Source of the DNA: Anthoceros angustus
Lineage: Eukaryota > Plantae > Anthocerotophyta
NCBI GenBank assembly: GCA_010909165.1
Contig: MU008166.1
Location: forward strand, 558,001-622,000
Length of the DNA stretch: 64,000 nucleotides
Reading direction: 5' to 3'
This document shows, one piece after another, positions 21,908 to 34,078 of the stretch. How positions within the stretch are numbered: position 1 is the first letter of the stretch; each line of letters begins with the position of its first letter. The translations under genes were made by a program, and so were the position numbers. Under the pieces are notes generated by a model. That model saw only the letters and a program-made list of their open reading frames with translations, did no database searches and had not been told where the DNA came from.

Positions 21908-23149
21908 TCGTCCACTGGTGTCCTCCATTACCGGTTAGGCTTCCTTCCCTTTGCGGATGAGTTATGCGCATGGGGTCACCAAGTCCGCTGGCTCAAAACC
22001 CGGACGTCCGGCTGGTCGGGCACATCCGGGGCATCACTAAAAGTGACATGAGACGCAATGCGCCGGGCTCACCGCCATGACCTCTGGACGGTTAGCCAAC
22101 GAAACATTTGCGTAATCTTTATTCCTTGGATGCTTTCTAAGCAAAGTGATTCTGGTTGTTTCTCGTATGCACCGTGGGTTGTTTCCCAATATTTGCACTC
22201 GTAGTAAGCATACCATCTTCTCCATTGGGCGCATCCTTGCAAATGCCCTTGTTGGTTGCTTCTCGATGGTAATTGCTTCGCGATGAACCGGTGGGTTGCT
22301 TCGCACCGGCGGATGCATTTCTACACGGTTCCACATGCACCGCCACGCCATCGATATCCCGGCGGATGCACCGGCCTTGGCCGCCACATACCGGGTGGCA
22401 CCGGAAGTCGACCGCTTTAGCTCCACTAACGGTTTGCCTCACTCCTTCTAAACAAATTTGGTGTATAACCTTGTGGAACACAATGTACCCATCATTGGCT
22501 CTCAACCCCTCGAGCAGCTCAACACCTCCTACCGGCAAGACAGTGTCAAAAGTCTTGATCGCACCGAGTAGACGCGACATTGGGGCCGTGCTCGTCGTGG
22601 TCGCCTTCGGTGCACAGGAAAATTACGTAACTCGGTCATTCTTCTCAACGAATCACGTGAATGTAATCGCTGACATGAAGACTTTGAATCGGACCGTGGT
22701 GCACCCATAATGTACACATACACCAATTGGCCAGCAGGACGCCGCATACCCGTGTCTTGTCCGAGATGTCGAACGAGAGTGCTCCATAAACAACTTTCAA
22801 CATATCGATTTCCGCTTCCTTGTAAGGACTTTGAAACGATGCTCGGTTGGAGTTGATGTGGTGGGGCGCTCACCGCTGGTTCTCGCATGCCGGGGTCTTG
22901 GTCTGGACTCGTAGCGCCCATCCGGGTCATAATCAACGCCTTACGCCGTGCCGTTTTGTCCGCGGCACTCCTTCTCCATCGTGAGCATTGTTCCGCTTCT
23001 TCTTTAGAGGGCCATCAGACAAATTGAGCAAGCGGTCATCAAGGGTCTATGAGCACCTAATCGGAATGCAATGGTGAATCAAGAGCAAGAAACAACCTCT
23101 CCACTGTCCGATGTCGGCGTGACACCAACTTCGGGCGATGTACCACCCC

Positions 23150-23540
23150 GCCACACACTCCTATGGTTCGCATGCGGACAACAATACTATGAGAATGTGC
23201 CTCTATACCCGCCAGATTTAATCCATTTTGGCGCCAAATTCTCTTCCACAATAAGACGATCGCATGATGGCTCATGGCAACTAGATCGGCATGTGCAGAC
23301 TCGCATGAATCGCAGACACGGCCGAATTGCAAAGGTGGTGCGGCATTTTGCCAAGTTTAGCCGGGGTCTGGCTCAACTGTCACAACAAGGAATACAAGAT
23401 ACTTCCACGAATATTCAGGTTTTGCCAAAATCCGCATACATACATCCGACGCCTCGATCATGGCAATCATTTGTGGCATTTAACGCCTTCGCCGCCATGA
23501 TGTAGCCGCAAATCTCACATCCGTGTTTCGGCGTCGGTCA
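23150..23540 (-). pseudogene. Cys/His-rich region resembling an extended PHD (zf-HC5HC2H) finger at the N-terminus of the accessory gene
   Basis: Cross-frame CEICGY..GEGVKCHK...GVGCMY...KCRTTFAIRPCLRFMRVCTCRSSCHEPSC...YCCPH. The spacing is only approximate because of frameshifts. Confidence 0.4.
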
Positions 23541-24323
23541 TTGCGGTCCAAAGATCCGAGATATTTAGTCACATCTTAGAAACCCGACTGCGTGTCTTCG
23601 ACTCGAGCACATTGACCATCATCGCTGGCTTGTCTCGGTAGCACGCTGGCGGCTAACGACCTAAGCGCAGAGGAGGAGTTCTTTGATTTGGTAAACGACA
23701 GAATAGTTCCAGATGATGCAGATCTCGGACATGTGTCTGAGTCCGAGATAGTGGACTTGGCGGCGGTGGCCTCGGCACAGGACTTCCATGTCGCAAGCAC
23801 CGTGTATTCCATCTAGTAGACATTGCACCGCACACCGAGTTGAACCCCGTGACGTCCGGTGATGGCTTGCCCGTGTTACCGGGAACTGAAACGACATGGC
23901 CTTAGATGAAACGGACTGCAGGGTGATACATCGGACGTGGCCGTGCGATGGAGATTTGCTCTTGTTTGATCCTCGGATGGACACGAACGGGCCAAAGGGA
24001 TCAAGAAGAAATCGCGCCCATGTGGGACGGGTGGCCGCGCCGCTATCCGGAGAGGCCTCGATATCCACATCCCGACGACGCAACTGGGCCCGCCGACACC
24101 CGCCCCGCACTGTACCCGGGTTTTGTTCAAGTCACCGGAGCGAAGAAATTGGCCGATGTTCTGCTCGATCCAAGTCCGCAAGCGGATTTCTCCGGCGCCA
24201 CCGAGACAAGGTGGCGCCAACAACAAACCCATTTTGTGCGTCGCAGAGTACTATCAACCATACACACTGTGAACCACTCATGAGAATAAGACGGATTCAA
24301 TCGAGTATTCGAGTCTCCTGATT

Positions 24324-27030
24324 GTGGTGAGATTGTGCATGAGATCGTGGATTTGGATTGCAATATGCACCGTGGGTCTCGAAGGCACTAGTAGAGGAAG
24401 GACACGGAGATCACATCCGCAGCCGACCCAAGACCGCTCGAGATGTGAAATCACCGACCACGGGTTACATTTGCCGAAATGCTGCCTCGCTAATCCTAAG
24501 TCTAAAGGGCTGGAGTTGCATTCCGTGGCGAGGCGGTGTGTTCCACCAAGAACCGCAGCAAGAGTTAAGCGGATCACGCTCGACAAGCACCGTAATCGGA
24601 GCCATGTGCGCACTCGAAGGCAAAGGGAAAAAGTGCTTAGGCCGGGGAAGTGGCAAACTCAAGTCGATCCGTGTGTCCTTTTTTTCCATGACGCAAGGGG
24701 AGCAGGAACAGCATTTACAAGACCTTATTGATATGGTGGAGGACGAGGAAACGGGTGTGGTGACCGGATGGGTGAACAAGGTACCACATGGGAAGGTTCC
24801 GATATGTGTCAGGGCATTCTGCCGGGTGTTCTGCATTGGAGCACTGCGGTACCGGAATGCTCAAACCCGAGTACAAAAGGGAACCAGTTTCTCGAGGCAA
24901 GGCTTGGAAGAATCCCAACTTCATATGGTCTACAAGTCGTGATGTGGATGGATACATTTTCAAAGGAAATGTGGAGAGACTACCCAATGCAGAAGTATTC
25001 AATCACGATACATTCACAAAGGAGGAGATTTTCATAGAGTATGCCAGGCAACAGGCTAGAACAATTACCACACATGTATGTTACAGCTATTTCTGCAAGC
25101 TGTGGATACGCCACTTTCGGTCGGTGAAGATTCCACGATGCAACCGTTTTCAATATGTGTTGACTGTGAGAAACTGAAAGCGAAAATAAAAAATGCGGGG
25201 AACGATAGAGAGCAAGGTGAAGGCCGTGCATCTATCTTAGATATGTGGTTAAACAACAGGATGTCCGGTGATTGGCAGTTGTCCTTTATGGGCCCTCCCA
25301 CACCCTAAAGCCCGTTTTAGGGTTTTGTACAAATATTTGCTCTTCCCGCAGTCCCAAGGAACGCTTTTTCGACTTGGACTTGTACTCATGGTGCGCCTCG
25401 TCTTGTATGTGCGGACACCGAGAGCTCCTTAATTACCACCGCGATCAACAAAGGAGCGGGCGAAGATGCATCGCGGCAAGTGTATGGCTCAACCGACCAA
25501 GTACATTGGAATGGCGATAGATGGTATGGATCAAAAAAAGCGAGTTGCCTCATTTCCGTAGTGCCCAAGGATGTCGATAATGCCCTTGTCTCTTCATGTG
25601 CTTGGGGTTTTGGTGTTTAGCAAATACATGCGGACTTCGTGTACCTAAGCTTCCCAATATTCAATGATCCCAACGGGACAATAGCGTGGTCCAGCATGTT
25701 ATTAACAATTGGGAAGGCCACTTGCCTAAAATTCTATACCTCCGGATGGACAATACCGCGCCCGTAATAAGAATCAAGAGGTGTTGGACAGCGATGTTAG
25801 TGTCCAAGGGTATTTTCAAGAAGGTTAAAGTGGGCTTTTAATTGTTGGCCATACCCATGATCGATTGATCAAATGTTCTCCGCTCACAGTCGAATCTAAA
25901 GGAGGCCTACACCTTGCCGAGCCGATCGCTTGCCCGCAGAGAGCGAGATACTCCATCACCGAATGTCTTCTCATGAAGGAAGTGCCGACTTCAAGAAATA
26001 TCTGGCCACCGGTGGTCCTCCAACATTCTGATCGCACAATCACAAATTTTCAACATCGCTTTAAGATAACTCGAGAAGAGTTGCCTAGTCACGAGTATGT
26101 TACGGTGTTGAGGTGCAAGCAATTTTCCACACCGCACACCGGACCCCGGATGGTGGTACTGTGCGGGATGGAGTACCAGAGAGGAGATTGTGGCGTGAGC
26201 GTGCCATTGCATGTGAGGGCGAAAGGCAAAGGGCAAAAGGAACATGCGATCCGCCTGCATATCGCCGGAGTGGAGGACAATAGGCTTAAAACGCCGATGA
26301 TGTTTTAATGATCAACAACTCATGGTGGGAAGCTCGGGAGGAGCAACTAGCAATAGCGGGTGTGGTAGCCTCGTGCTCTCCTCCACCGGAAACCGCATGG
26401 ACATGGTATAATAGAGGAGAGCAGACCAGCCAACCAAGATCCAGATGAAGTGGTAGTAGATCTTGCATTAGCAAGACGATATTCGGACAAGAGCGAGAGA
26501 TTTACACAGATCATCGCTAGACGACAACGTCTGAACAACAAGACAAAGGGTCTATTGCGAGATTGAAGGCATGATGCTTGCGGTATGCAGCGGATGACCG
26601 GAGGGCCCTTTCTCCGGGTAAGGTTGTGGCATTGACCATGATGGTGTTGAACTGATAGCACAAGTGCATTGGTGGCGGATGAAAACCAAAATGCACCGGA
26701 CGGAAGGTACTGGAAGAGTGGGTGCCATGCACCCCAACAAAGAGGAAAGGGAGACGGAACCCTTTGAAGAGGCATGTGCAACCCATCAATCTAATGGAGA
26801 CAACAATTATGGGTTATGATTTTGAGCTAACGAGGAAGGACTTTGAGCAAAGACACAATGGAAATGTTGAAGAGAAAGATCTTTGAGCTCGAGCGGAGCC
26901 AAGTGAGGAACACCTTTGCTTCCTCCGCTTGATACCGCAGAAGTGGTGACGAACGGATTGATTCCGGCGATCTCGACAATGTTGAATCTTCCGATGCATC
27001 CGCTGATTATTTGGTGGACTTGCTTGAAGG
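24324..27030 (+). pseudogene. Sola-like DDD/E transposase, frameshifted
   Basis: PICVRAFCRVFCIG, FCKLWIRHFRSVKIPR..FSICVDCEKLK (CxxC), YIGMAIDGMDQKK (25517-25540), LPKILYL-MDN...NKNQ (25746-25780), GFLIVGHTHD-IDQMFS (25845-25881). This is the signature of the DGMDQ/DN..NKN/GHTH.DIDQ transposase family related to Sola. The 3' limit is approximate. Confidence 0.75.
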
Positions 27031-29289
27031 TGTGGACTCGTGAGGAGCCGATCGCAACCCACCTAGGATTCTAAATTTTGAGGTTGGCCAGATAGAATCA
27101 TGAAGTCTCGCATGACTTAGCAAGGATGTAACCAAAGGTTTTTGTCCGGTTGAAGGTGCACCGGGTTTTTGTCTACGGTTGATCTTGACCGGATGTCCGG
27201 TTGTTTGTTGGTTCTCAATGTATGGAAGGCATGATTCTGCTTCACCGGTATAGCTTGTTTGGCGCTTGATGGGGAACGGGGAACCCCGATCGTGGTTCGG
27301 GAACGGGAAACCCCGATCGTGGTTCGGCTCAGCTTTGGATGCGAGGGAGCTGGTGTGAAGGGAGGTTGATTAAACCCCAAACCGCAGTTCCTCCCTTACT
27401 CTCCTACTCTCCAATTACTTCCCATGTTCCTGTCCACCTTTACGGTCGGTTTATGCTTGAGTGTGGACTGTTGTTGCCTCCGGTGTGCGTTTCTGCTGGA
27501 GGTGAGGCGGTTGCAGGGTAATAAATCCAGGAAGGGGCTTGTTCATGAGCAAGCGACGGCGTTGCGCAAGGGGCTGACAGCAAGACGACTGGTGGTGCAA
27601 GGCACGCTTTCTTTTCCTGCAATCCAGGTGAGTGCATGGGAGTTGCACACATGACATGTTGCAATTGCCTTTTCCTCCACTCGACTGCTTCTGTCTCGGC
27701 TACTCTGACCAGGTTGGCCATCCTAGTTGCTATTGGTAGCCCGGAACTGGCTGGCAGGTTATGGCGGAGGTGCTGCTGAGCCCACTATCACTGCACAGAA
27801 CTGAGGAACTGTATGCGCCATCGTGCTTTTCGTGTGTTGGGTGTTCATGCTTGCAGAGGTTGCACCGTTGAATAATGAGGACGAGGAGTGGTTCAGATAC
27901 CGCCCCCCCTGATCAAGCGGACATCCAGCAAAGAGGGCTGGAGGAGGTCCTCGACGCAGTGCGGCGGCCGGGCAAGAGGAGGAATCCTCCGTTGGAGGAA
28001 ACCTGTGTGGCACCGTTTCATCCCCGAACGCCGCTTGGTTTTCAAGGGAGGTGGGATCCGAGTTCTTGTGCGCGAGCTGAGGGGAGTGGACACCTCCTGA
28101 GAACCCGACAGATGAGGAACCGCGAGATATCTCGTGTCCCATGTGATGGGAGGAGCCGACGGCAACAAGAGGAGCCGCAGGTGCCCTACCTCGCAGTTGA
28201 AGGCTGAAAATCGGAGCTTTCCTGGGAGGAGAAGGAGGTCAAGATGCGTGGTCTCGCGAGGCGGATGAGGGGAGCTGGCCCTTGTGATGGCGGCGAATCG
28301 CCAAAGCATCGCGAGCGGAAGGAGCTTCCGTGAAGACCGAGCCAGTGATAACGTGTGCATGCCGTTTTTTTCCTCCTCTGGATGCCTTTGTATGCTTGCG
28401 CTTGGTCTTGTGCATGATGAGTGACAAGTGCATTGGTGTATGCATCGTGTTCGGACGGGAGGTGTGAGATTAGGATTTTCGGATAAGTTTTGGGTAGGCA
28501 CATGAGACATTTTAAAGCTTTCCTTTGTTCACATAGGAACTTTCTTAGTTATGTGGGACTGAGTTGAGGGTGAGCTCAAGGAGCTCCATGGACGCCATGT
28601 TCACGCCTCTCGGATTGTGTGTGAGGTTAGGCTTGGATGTTTGGATCACCATGCATTCGATACTTATCATCTTCGTCCATTAGGCGGGGTTGCTTATCGA
28701 TGATGCGAGACGGTGAACGGCCATCAAGTGGATAAGTAAGTCTTCCGAAGGCAAGAGGAGGGTCGTGGCCGGACGTCCGTGCCACGGCCACGGAAACGGA
28801 TATTACTTCCTTGCTCCTTGCGTTTTCTATTCCATACGATTCGAGTGTGTACAAGTGGATATGTTGGTTTGAAATTACTAGGATATTTATACTATTCGAG
28901 GTTGCCTTGGAACACGATTTTTCTAAATAGCATTGGCGCTGGTACTTTTTGCGAAACCGATGTATAAAATAGCCTTCATCATTATTGTTGGTCAAGGGCG
29001 GGGTTTGGAACGAGGCATATATTGATTACTAACGGTACAAATGTGTCGATTAAAATAAATTGCCCGATGTGGCTGGATTTCGTTAAAAACAGAAAAAGGC
29101 TTTTTTCAACTGTGTTCAATCCCAAGGAGCTTGACGGTCCATTGGCATGAGGAACCAAGAAAGGTGCTTTTCACAAAGGTGGGCCCATCAAGAGTGTGTT
29201 TGGGTCTTGTTTGGGTGCAAACCCTTAAAAGAGGGTTCCGTTTTCATTTTAGCTGGTCATGGCCCAAACGACCTCGGTCTCTAAAAAGT

Positions 29290-29314
29290 GGAGCTGTCTC
29301 TACTTAGAGACCTT
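29290..29314 (-). repeat. Right terminal inverted repeat of the DNA transposon (duplicate at 30522..30546)
   Basis: GGAGCTGTCTCTACTTAGAGACCTT. It is preceded by an internal GGTCTCTAA that can pair with TTAGAGACC. Confidence 0.75.
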
Positions 29315-29329
29315 GTTCAATCCGTTCAT

Positions 29330-29700
29330 CGGTTTGCTCAGCCTTCTCCACCGGGTTTATAGTAGATTGTCTCCGTCCACAAATCCACCATGACCTGTGT
29401 TTGTACAAAGCGTCCGCTCCCAAGAAGACATCAAATGTGTCTCGATCGCTGACCAAGAAAAAGGACAAAGGTGAAGTCTGTTCTTGGTTTGAATGAAACC
29501 TTCATTGTACCTTGTCACCCCAACACATGCTCCGTGGTCCCACCGTTCGATCTTCCACTTGGTTTCCTTCAACCTTTCTTGGTGGAGACCCAACGCTTCC
29601 TTCACTCTTCTTCCAACGATCACCGGCTGTGCTCCTGTCAATCAACACCTCCTTGGTGCGAATCCATTGATTTCAATGTGCCTCTCCCGATTGTTGACCA
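29330..29700 (-). pseudogene. Gypsy aspartic protease (second copy ~30570-30930)
   Basis: RRVLIDTGAQPVIVGRRVKEALGL (DTG active site, clearest in the 30741..31247 ORF), followed by GGFVD...YYRPGW. Confidence 0.8.
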
Positions 29701-31199
29701 AAGCCACTCCCACTGCAGATTCCGCTTCTCCACGAGATGCTTGGCTGAGGTCAAGAATGACATCATTGCCACTGGCAAATCTTGGACACTTGCTTCGCCT
29801 CTTCAAGGGTTGTCAACATCCGCCGAGTCAAACCCCCGACTTCCTTCACGCCAACCCCATGTCTTGTAGGTGAAACATGGCATCTCCGAAGCTTTTGTGC
29901 CATCTCCCAAGAATCTGCATGGGTTTCTCCACATCGCCCACTGACTTTGATGTTGCTCCCAGTTGCTCCTGTTGGCAATGGCTCAAACGACTTTGGCATC
30001 TTGGCATAGGTTCTGGAAGAGGATCCCAAGCTTCCTTCCGTGTCTTCCTTGCTCCTTGCTTTCTATTCCATACGATTAGTGTGTACAAGTGGATATGTTG
30101 GTTTGAAATTACTAGGATATTTATACTCAGATTCAGGTTCCTTGGAACACGATTTTTCTAAATAGCATTGGCTGGTTGCCTTGAACCGATGTATAAAATA
30201 GCCTTCATCATTATTGTTGGTCAAGGGCGGGGTTTGGAACGAGGCATATATTGATTACTAACGGTACAAATGTGTCGATTAAAATAAATTGCCCGATGTG
30301 GCTGGATTTCGTTAAAAACAGAAAAAGGCTTTTTTCAACTGTGTTCAATCCCAAGGAGCTTGACGGTCCATTGGCATGAGGAACCAAGAAAGGTGCTTTT
30401 CACAAAGGTGGGCCCATCAAGAGTGTGTTTTGGGTCTTGTTTGGGTGCAAACCCTTAAAAGAGGGTTCGTTTTCATTTTAGAGGTCACGGTTGGCCTAAA
30501 CGACCTCGGTCTCTAAAAAGTGGAGCTGTCTCTACTTAGAGACCTTGTTCAATCCGTTCATCGGTTTGCTCGACTCCAGCCTGGTCGATAGTAGATTGTC
30601 TCCGTCCACAAATCCACCATGACTCGAGGTTTGTACAAAGCGTCCGCTCCCAAGACATCAAAGTGTGCATCGGTGACCAAGCGGTGTACCTCGACAAAGG
30701 TGAAGTCTCTGTTCTTGGTTTGAATGAAACCTTCAGCTTGTCACCCCAACACATGCTCCGTGGTCCCGGTGATGCGGATCTTCCACTTGGTTTCCTTCAA
30801 CCTTTCTTGGTGGAGACCCAACGCTTCCTTCACTCTTCTTCCAACGATCACCGGCTGTGCTCCGGTGTCAATCAACACCCTCCTTGGTGCGAATCCATTG
30901 ATTTCAATGTGCCTCTCCCGATTGTTGACCAAACTCCCACTCGTGCGACATTCCGCTTCTCCACGAGATGCTTGGCTCGAGGTCGACAATGACATCATTG
31001 CCCATTGTGGCACATCTTGGACACTTGCTTCGTCTTCAAGGGTTGTCAACATCCGCCGAGTCAAACCCCTGACTTCCTTCACGCTCAACCCCATGTCTTG
31101 TAGGCTGAAACATGGCATCTCCAGAAGCTTTTGTGCCATCGTCTCCGTCAGCAATCTGCGCATGGGTTTCTCCACATCGCCCACTCTGGACTTTGATGT

Positions 31200-32440
31200 T
31201 GCTCCCACAGTTGCTCCTGTTGGCAATGGCTCAAACGACTTTGGCATCTTGGCATAGGTTCGGGAAGAGGATCCTGAAGCTTCCTTCCGTGTCTTCCGCC
31301 TTTGGTGTCAAGACATCCTCTTCTTCCTGAGCTATCTTCTCTCGTCGCGGAGGTTTCTTCCTGCCCTTGGATCCGGTCAGTCGCCATGTATCAAGCTTGT
31401 GCTCATCTTCTTCGTCCTCGATGATGAACTGCTGCTCTCCTTGATCTTCGCCTTCCGCACCAACTTCTCCAGCTTTGCAAGGCGTGCCACGTAGCATCCA
31501 TCGTCTTCTTTGATGCTTCCGTTTCTTTTGTCCACGGGACTTGGTGCCTCCTCCAGGCGCCTTTGCTCTTCTGATTTTGTGGATGAGGTTGGCCGAGATG
31601 CATTGGCGGGTTGCTGCTCGATAACCCGTGAGCGCAATTCGGATGCTTCTCCCAACATGCCGCTTCATTGTGCCGTACCTCCCACACCTAGGGCATGGCT
31701 CCTCACCCTTGACTCCTCCGAATGCATGCTCGCACTCATGAGGGAATGGTCGTCCCTCGGCACCTCACGCAGGGCTCGCCACTCATGTGGGCTTGTCTCG
31801 CCGAGCTCCTCCACTCGACCTCGCGTCGGTCATGTCGTCCACCACTCCTACTTGTCTTTGGAGTAATCACTTGCAACCACGAGAAATGTCGGGGCCCTAT
31901 CTTGTCGATCTATACACTTCCTTGAGGGTGTAGTGTTGCCCCCGTCTTGTGCACCGCTTGTTGCACCTTCATGCGCAGTGCATATGGCAATGCACAAGTA
32001 CTTCTCTGCCCAGTCGGTCACTCATGATCTTGGTGTCACGTACCAGCTGGTCGATTCTTGATAAGCCATCTTGCGGTCTCGCTGACTTCATCTTGAAGTG
32101 TCGGCTCGGAGATCTTCTCATCCGTGCTTGCGAAACTCCGGTAGGAAGATGTCAACATCTCTTGATGGGATCGTGCCACTCGGTGCCTCTGCCAGGTTCC
32201 TTGAGCTTGAGCGCTACTCACTGGTCCTCCGGATGTGCTCAACAACCTCGCCTTGTGCTCGCGATAACGCCAATGCTTCATCCCCAAGTACTTGCATTTG
32301 GATGAAGCCGTATCGCTTCGTGTATCCGGTCTTCAATTCCATCTCCGCACACACGCCGTACTTCGATGAAGTCCTCCGGTGGCAAGGTGCCCGCTCGTCA
32401 TGAACAACTCCATTCGATCCTTGTCTCCTCCCATCTTGGC
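31200..32440 (-). pseudogene. Gypsy gag with CCHC zinc knuckle, frameshifted
   Basis: Cross-frame CGRYGHNEAACWEKHP at ~31640-31700. Gag-like helical segments run from MGGDKDRMELFM at ~32440. Confidence 0.55.
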
Positions 32441-33083
32441 GACTCCAAGAGACAAGTCCTCCTCGCTTCCATGAGTTGTCGGCGGCACTAACGTGTCTTG
32501 TGTGTTGCCACTCCAGATCCTTCAAAGATTGTTGATTGTGTGTTGGGTTCCTCCGTGTCCTTGTGGTACCAAAATCGAGGTGTTCGCACTTCTCTCTCTT
32601 GGTCGGGACTTGAATTCGCTCGATGGACTTCTTTGGTTGGTAGCTCCGTCCGGATCGAGTGTGTCGAGCATGCACTCCAGGCGGTTAGTGGCTAGATCAA
32701 ACCCTTAATCAAGGTTAACACACCGCACGTACTTCTCGATGAAGTCCTCCGGCAAGGTGCCCGCCGCCCTGTGAACAACTCCATTCGATCCTTGTCTCCT
32801 CCCATCTTGACGACTAAGAGACAAGTCCTCCTCAGCCGCTCCGAGAGTTGTCCCGGCAAAGACTAACGTGTCTTGTGTGTTGCCACCATGATCCTTCAAA
32901 GATTGTTGATTGTGTCGGGTTCCTCCGTCCTTCGGTGGTACCAAAATCGAGGTGTTCGCACTTCTCCTCTTGGTGGGACTTGAATTCGCTCGATGGACTT
33001 GCTTTGGTAGCTCCGTCCGGATCGAGTGTGTCCAGCATGCACTCCAGAGTGGCTAGGTCAAACCCTTAATCAAGGTTAACACA
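32350..33083. repeat. Tandem duplication, ~365-bp unit x2
   Basis: AAACCCTTAATCAAGGTTAACACAC ends both units (~32700 and ~33060); CACAC junction microhomology. Confidence 0.85.
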
Positions 33084-33424
33084 CCCCGCTAACTTAGATC
33101 GTGATTAGTGAAACCTCTAAGTATCTATGCATGTTTAAATTGCATACAAATACTCTGCAGGCTACACTGTCAAAACGTGAGCTGGGTGAGTTGGATAGCA
33201 AAGGCATAAGAACTCCAGAGTTAAGCACCCGTGGGTGGATCAGTACCTGGATGGGGTGCCGACCAATTAGGAGTTTTGGACAGAAAGTGAAATCAAATGG
33301 ACTGATGACATACCCATGCCTATCCACTTCTCCCTTATCCCTTGGAATCCGGAGCCCAAGAGTAGAATACTCTTGGGCTTAAAAGGCCAGTCCCCCTTGT
33401 GGAGGCCTCATTCCTCTCCTTGGT

Positions 33425-34008
33425 ATGGGCTTCTTCGCCTCCTCTCCTTGGCCTTGGACTTGGGCTCCTTCGCCTCCTCTCCTTGGCCTTGGACTTGGGC
33501 TCCTTCGGCTCCTCTCCTTGGTATGGGCTTCTTCGCCTCCTCTCCTTGGCCTTGGACTTGGGCTCCTTCGCCTCCTCTCCTTGGTATGGGCTTCTTCGCC
33601 TCCTCTCCTTGGCCTTGGACTTGGGCTCCTTCGCCTCCTCTCCTTGGCCTTGGACTTGGGCTCCTTCGGCTCCTCTCCTTGGCCTTGGACTTGGGCTTCT
33701 TCGCCTCCTCTCCTTGGCCTTGGACTTGGGCGCCTTCGCCTCCTCTCCTTGGCCTTGGACAAGGGCTCCTTCGCCTCCTCTCCTTGGCCTTGGACTTGGG
33801 CTCCTTCGCCTCCTCTCCTTGGCCTTGGACTTGGGCTCGCCGCCTCCTCCTCCTTGGCCTTGGACAAGGGCCTCGCCTCCTCTCCTTGGCCTTGGACTTG
33901 CCTCCTCCTCCTCTCCTTGGCCTTGGGCTTCGCCTCCTTGGCCTCAAGCCTTGGGCCCTTCGCCTCTCCTTGATCTTCGCCTCCTGGCCTTGGGCTTAGC
34001 CTCGCGCC
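33425..34008. repeat. GC-rich minisatellite of 35-bp units with 28-bp variants
   Basis: CTCCTTCGCCTCCTCTCCTTGGCCTTGGACTTGGG interspersed with CTCCTTCGGCTCCTCTCCTTGGTATGGG. It degrades toward 34000. Confidence 0.95.
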
Positions 34009-34078
34009 CATCGCCTAGCACCGCCTAGCATCGCCTAGCACCGCCTAGCACCGCCTAGCATCGCCTAGCATCGCCTAG
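34009..34078. repeat. 10-bp tandem repeat CA(T/C)CGCCTAG x7, followed by AT-rich TTAGATTAATTAACACTAAT repeats to ~34260
   Basis: Read directly from the sequence. Confidence 0.95.

Larger units (their letters stand above)
15513..29314. mobile_element. Large TIR DNA transposon (Sola-like transposase) with a divergent multidomain accessory gene
   Basis: Left end AAGGTCTCTAAGaagTAGAGACGGCTCC (15513-15540) matches the reverse complement of the right end (29290-29314, AAGGTCTCTAAGTAGAGACAGCTCC) at 24/25 positions with a 3-nt gap. Both flanks are the same gypsy pol. No TSD was recognised. Confidence 0.75.
28806..31297. repeat. Tandem duplication (~1.24 kb x2) spanning the transposon right end and the gypsy protease flank
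   Basis: CTTCCTTGCTCC starts at 28806 and 30044. The right TIR is repeated at 30522..30546. Confidence 0.9.
13690..33083 (-). mobile_element. Decayed Ty3/gypsy LTR retrotransposon carrying a C5 cytosine methyltransferase, interrupted by a DNA transposon at 15513..29314
   Basis: Minus-strand order: gag with CCHC knuckle, aspartic protease, [insertion], C5-MTase, RT N-terminal remnant, PHD tail, then purine tract AGGGGGAT at ~13691-13698. No LTR pair was recognised, so the outer limits are approximate. Confidence 0.7.

Noticed and set aside
15505-29322. Target-site duplication for the DNA transposon
   Set aside because: The flanks (..CAAT / GTTC.., or ATAA / TTGT if the TIR starts at GG) do not match for 2-9 bp, so the superfamily call rests on transposase motifs only.
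13540-33083. LTR pair for the MTase-gypsy (TGTTAACC at 33083 vs sequence after the purine tract at ~13690)
   Set aside because: Only a 10-bp match (GAATTCAAGT) is shared, which is not enough to call LTRs.
33425-34008. CRISPR-like array
   Set aside because: The repeats are contiguous with no unique spacers, there are no cas genes, and the context is eukaryotic.
33316-34028. Five overlapping 180-230-aa ORFs on both strands
   Set aside because: They arise from a stop-free 35/28-bp minisatellite whose unit is not a multiple of 3; not credible genes.
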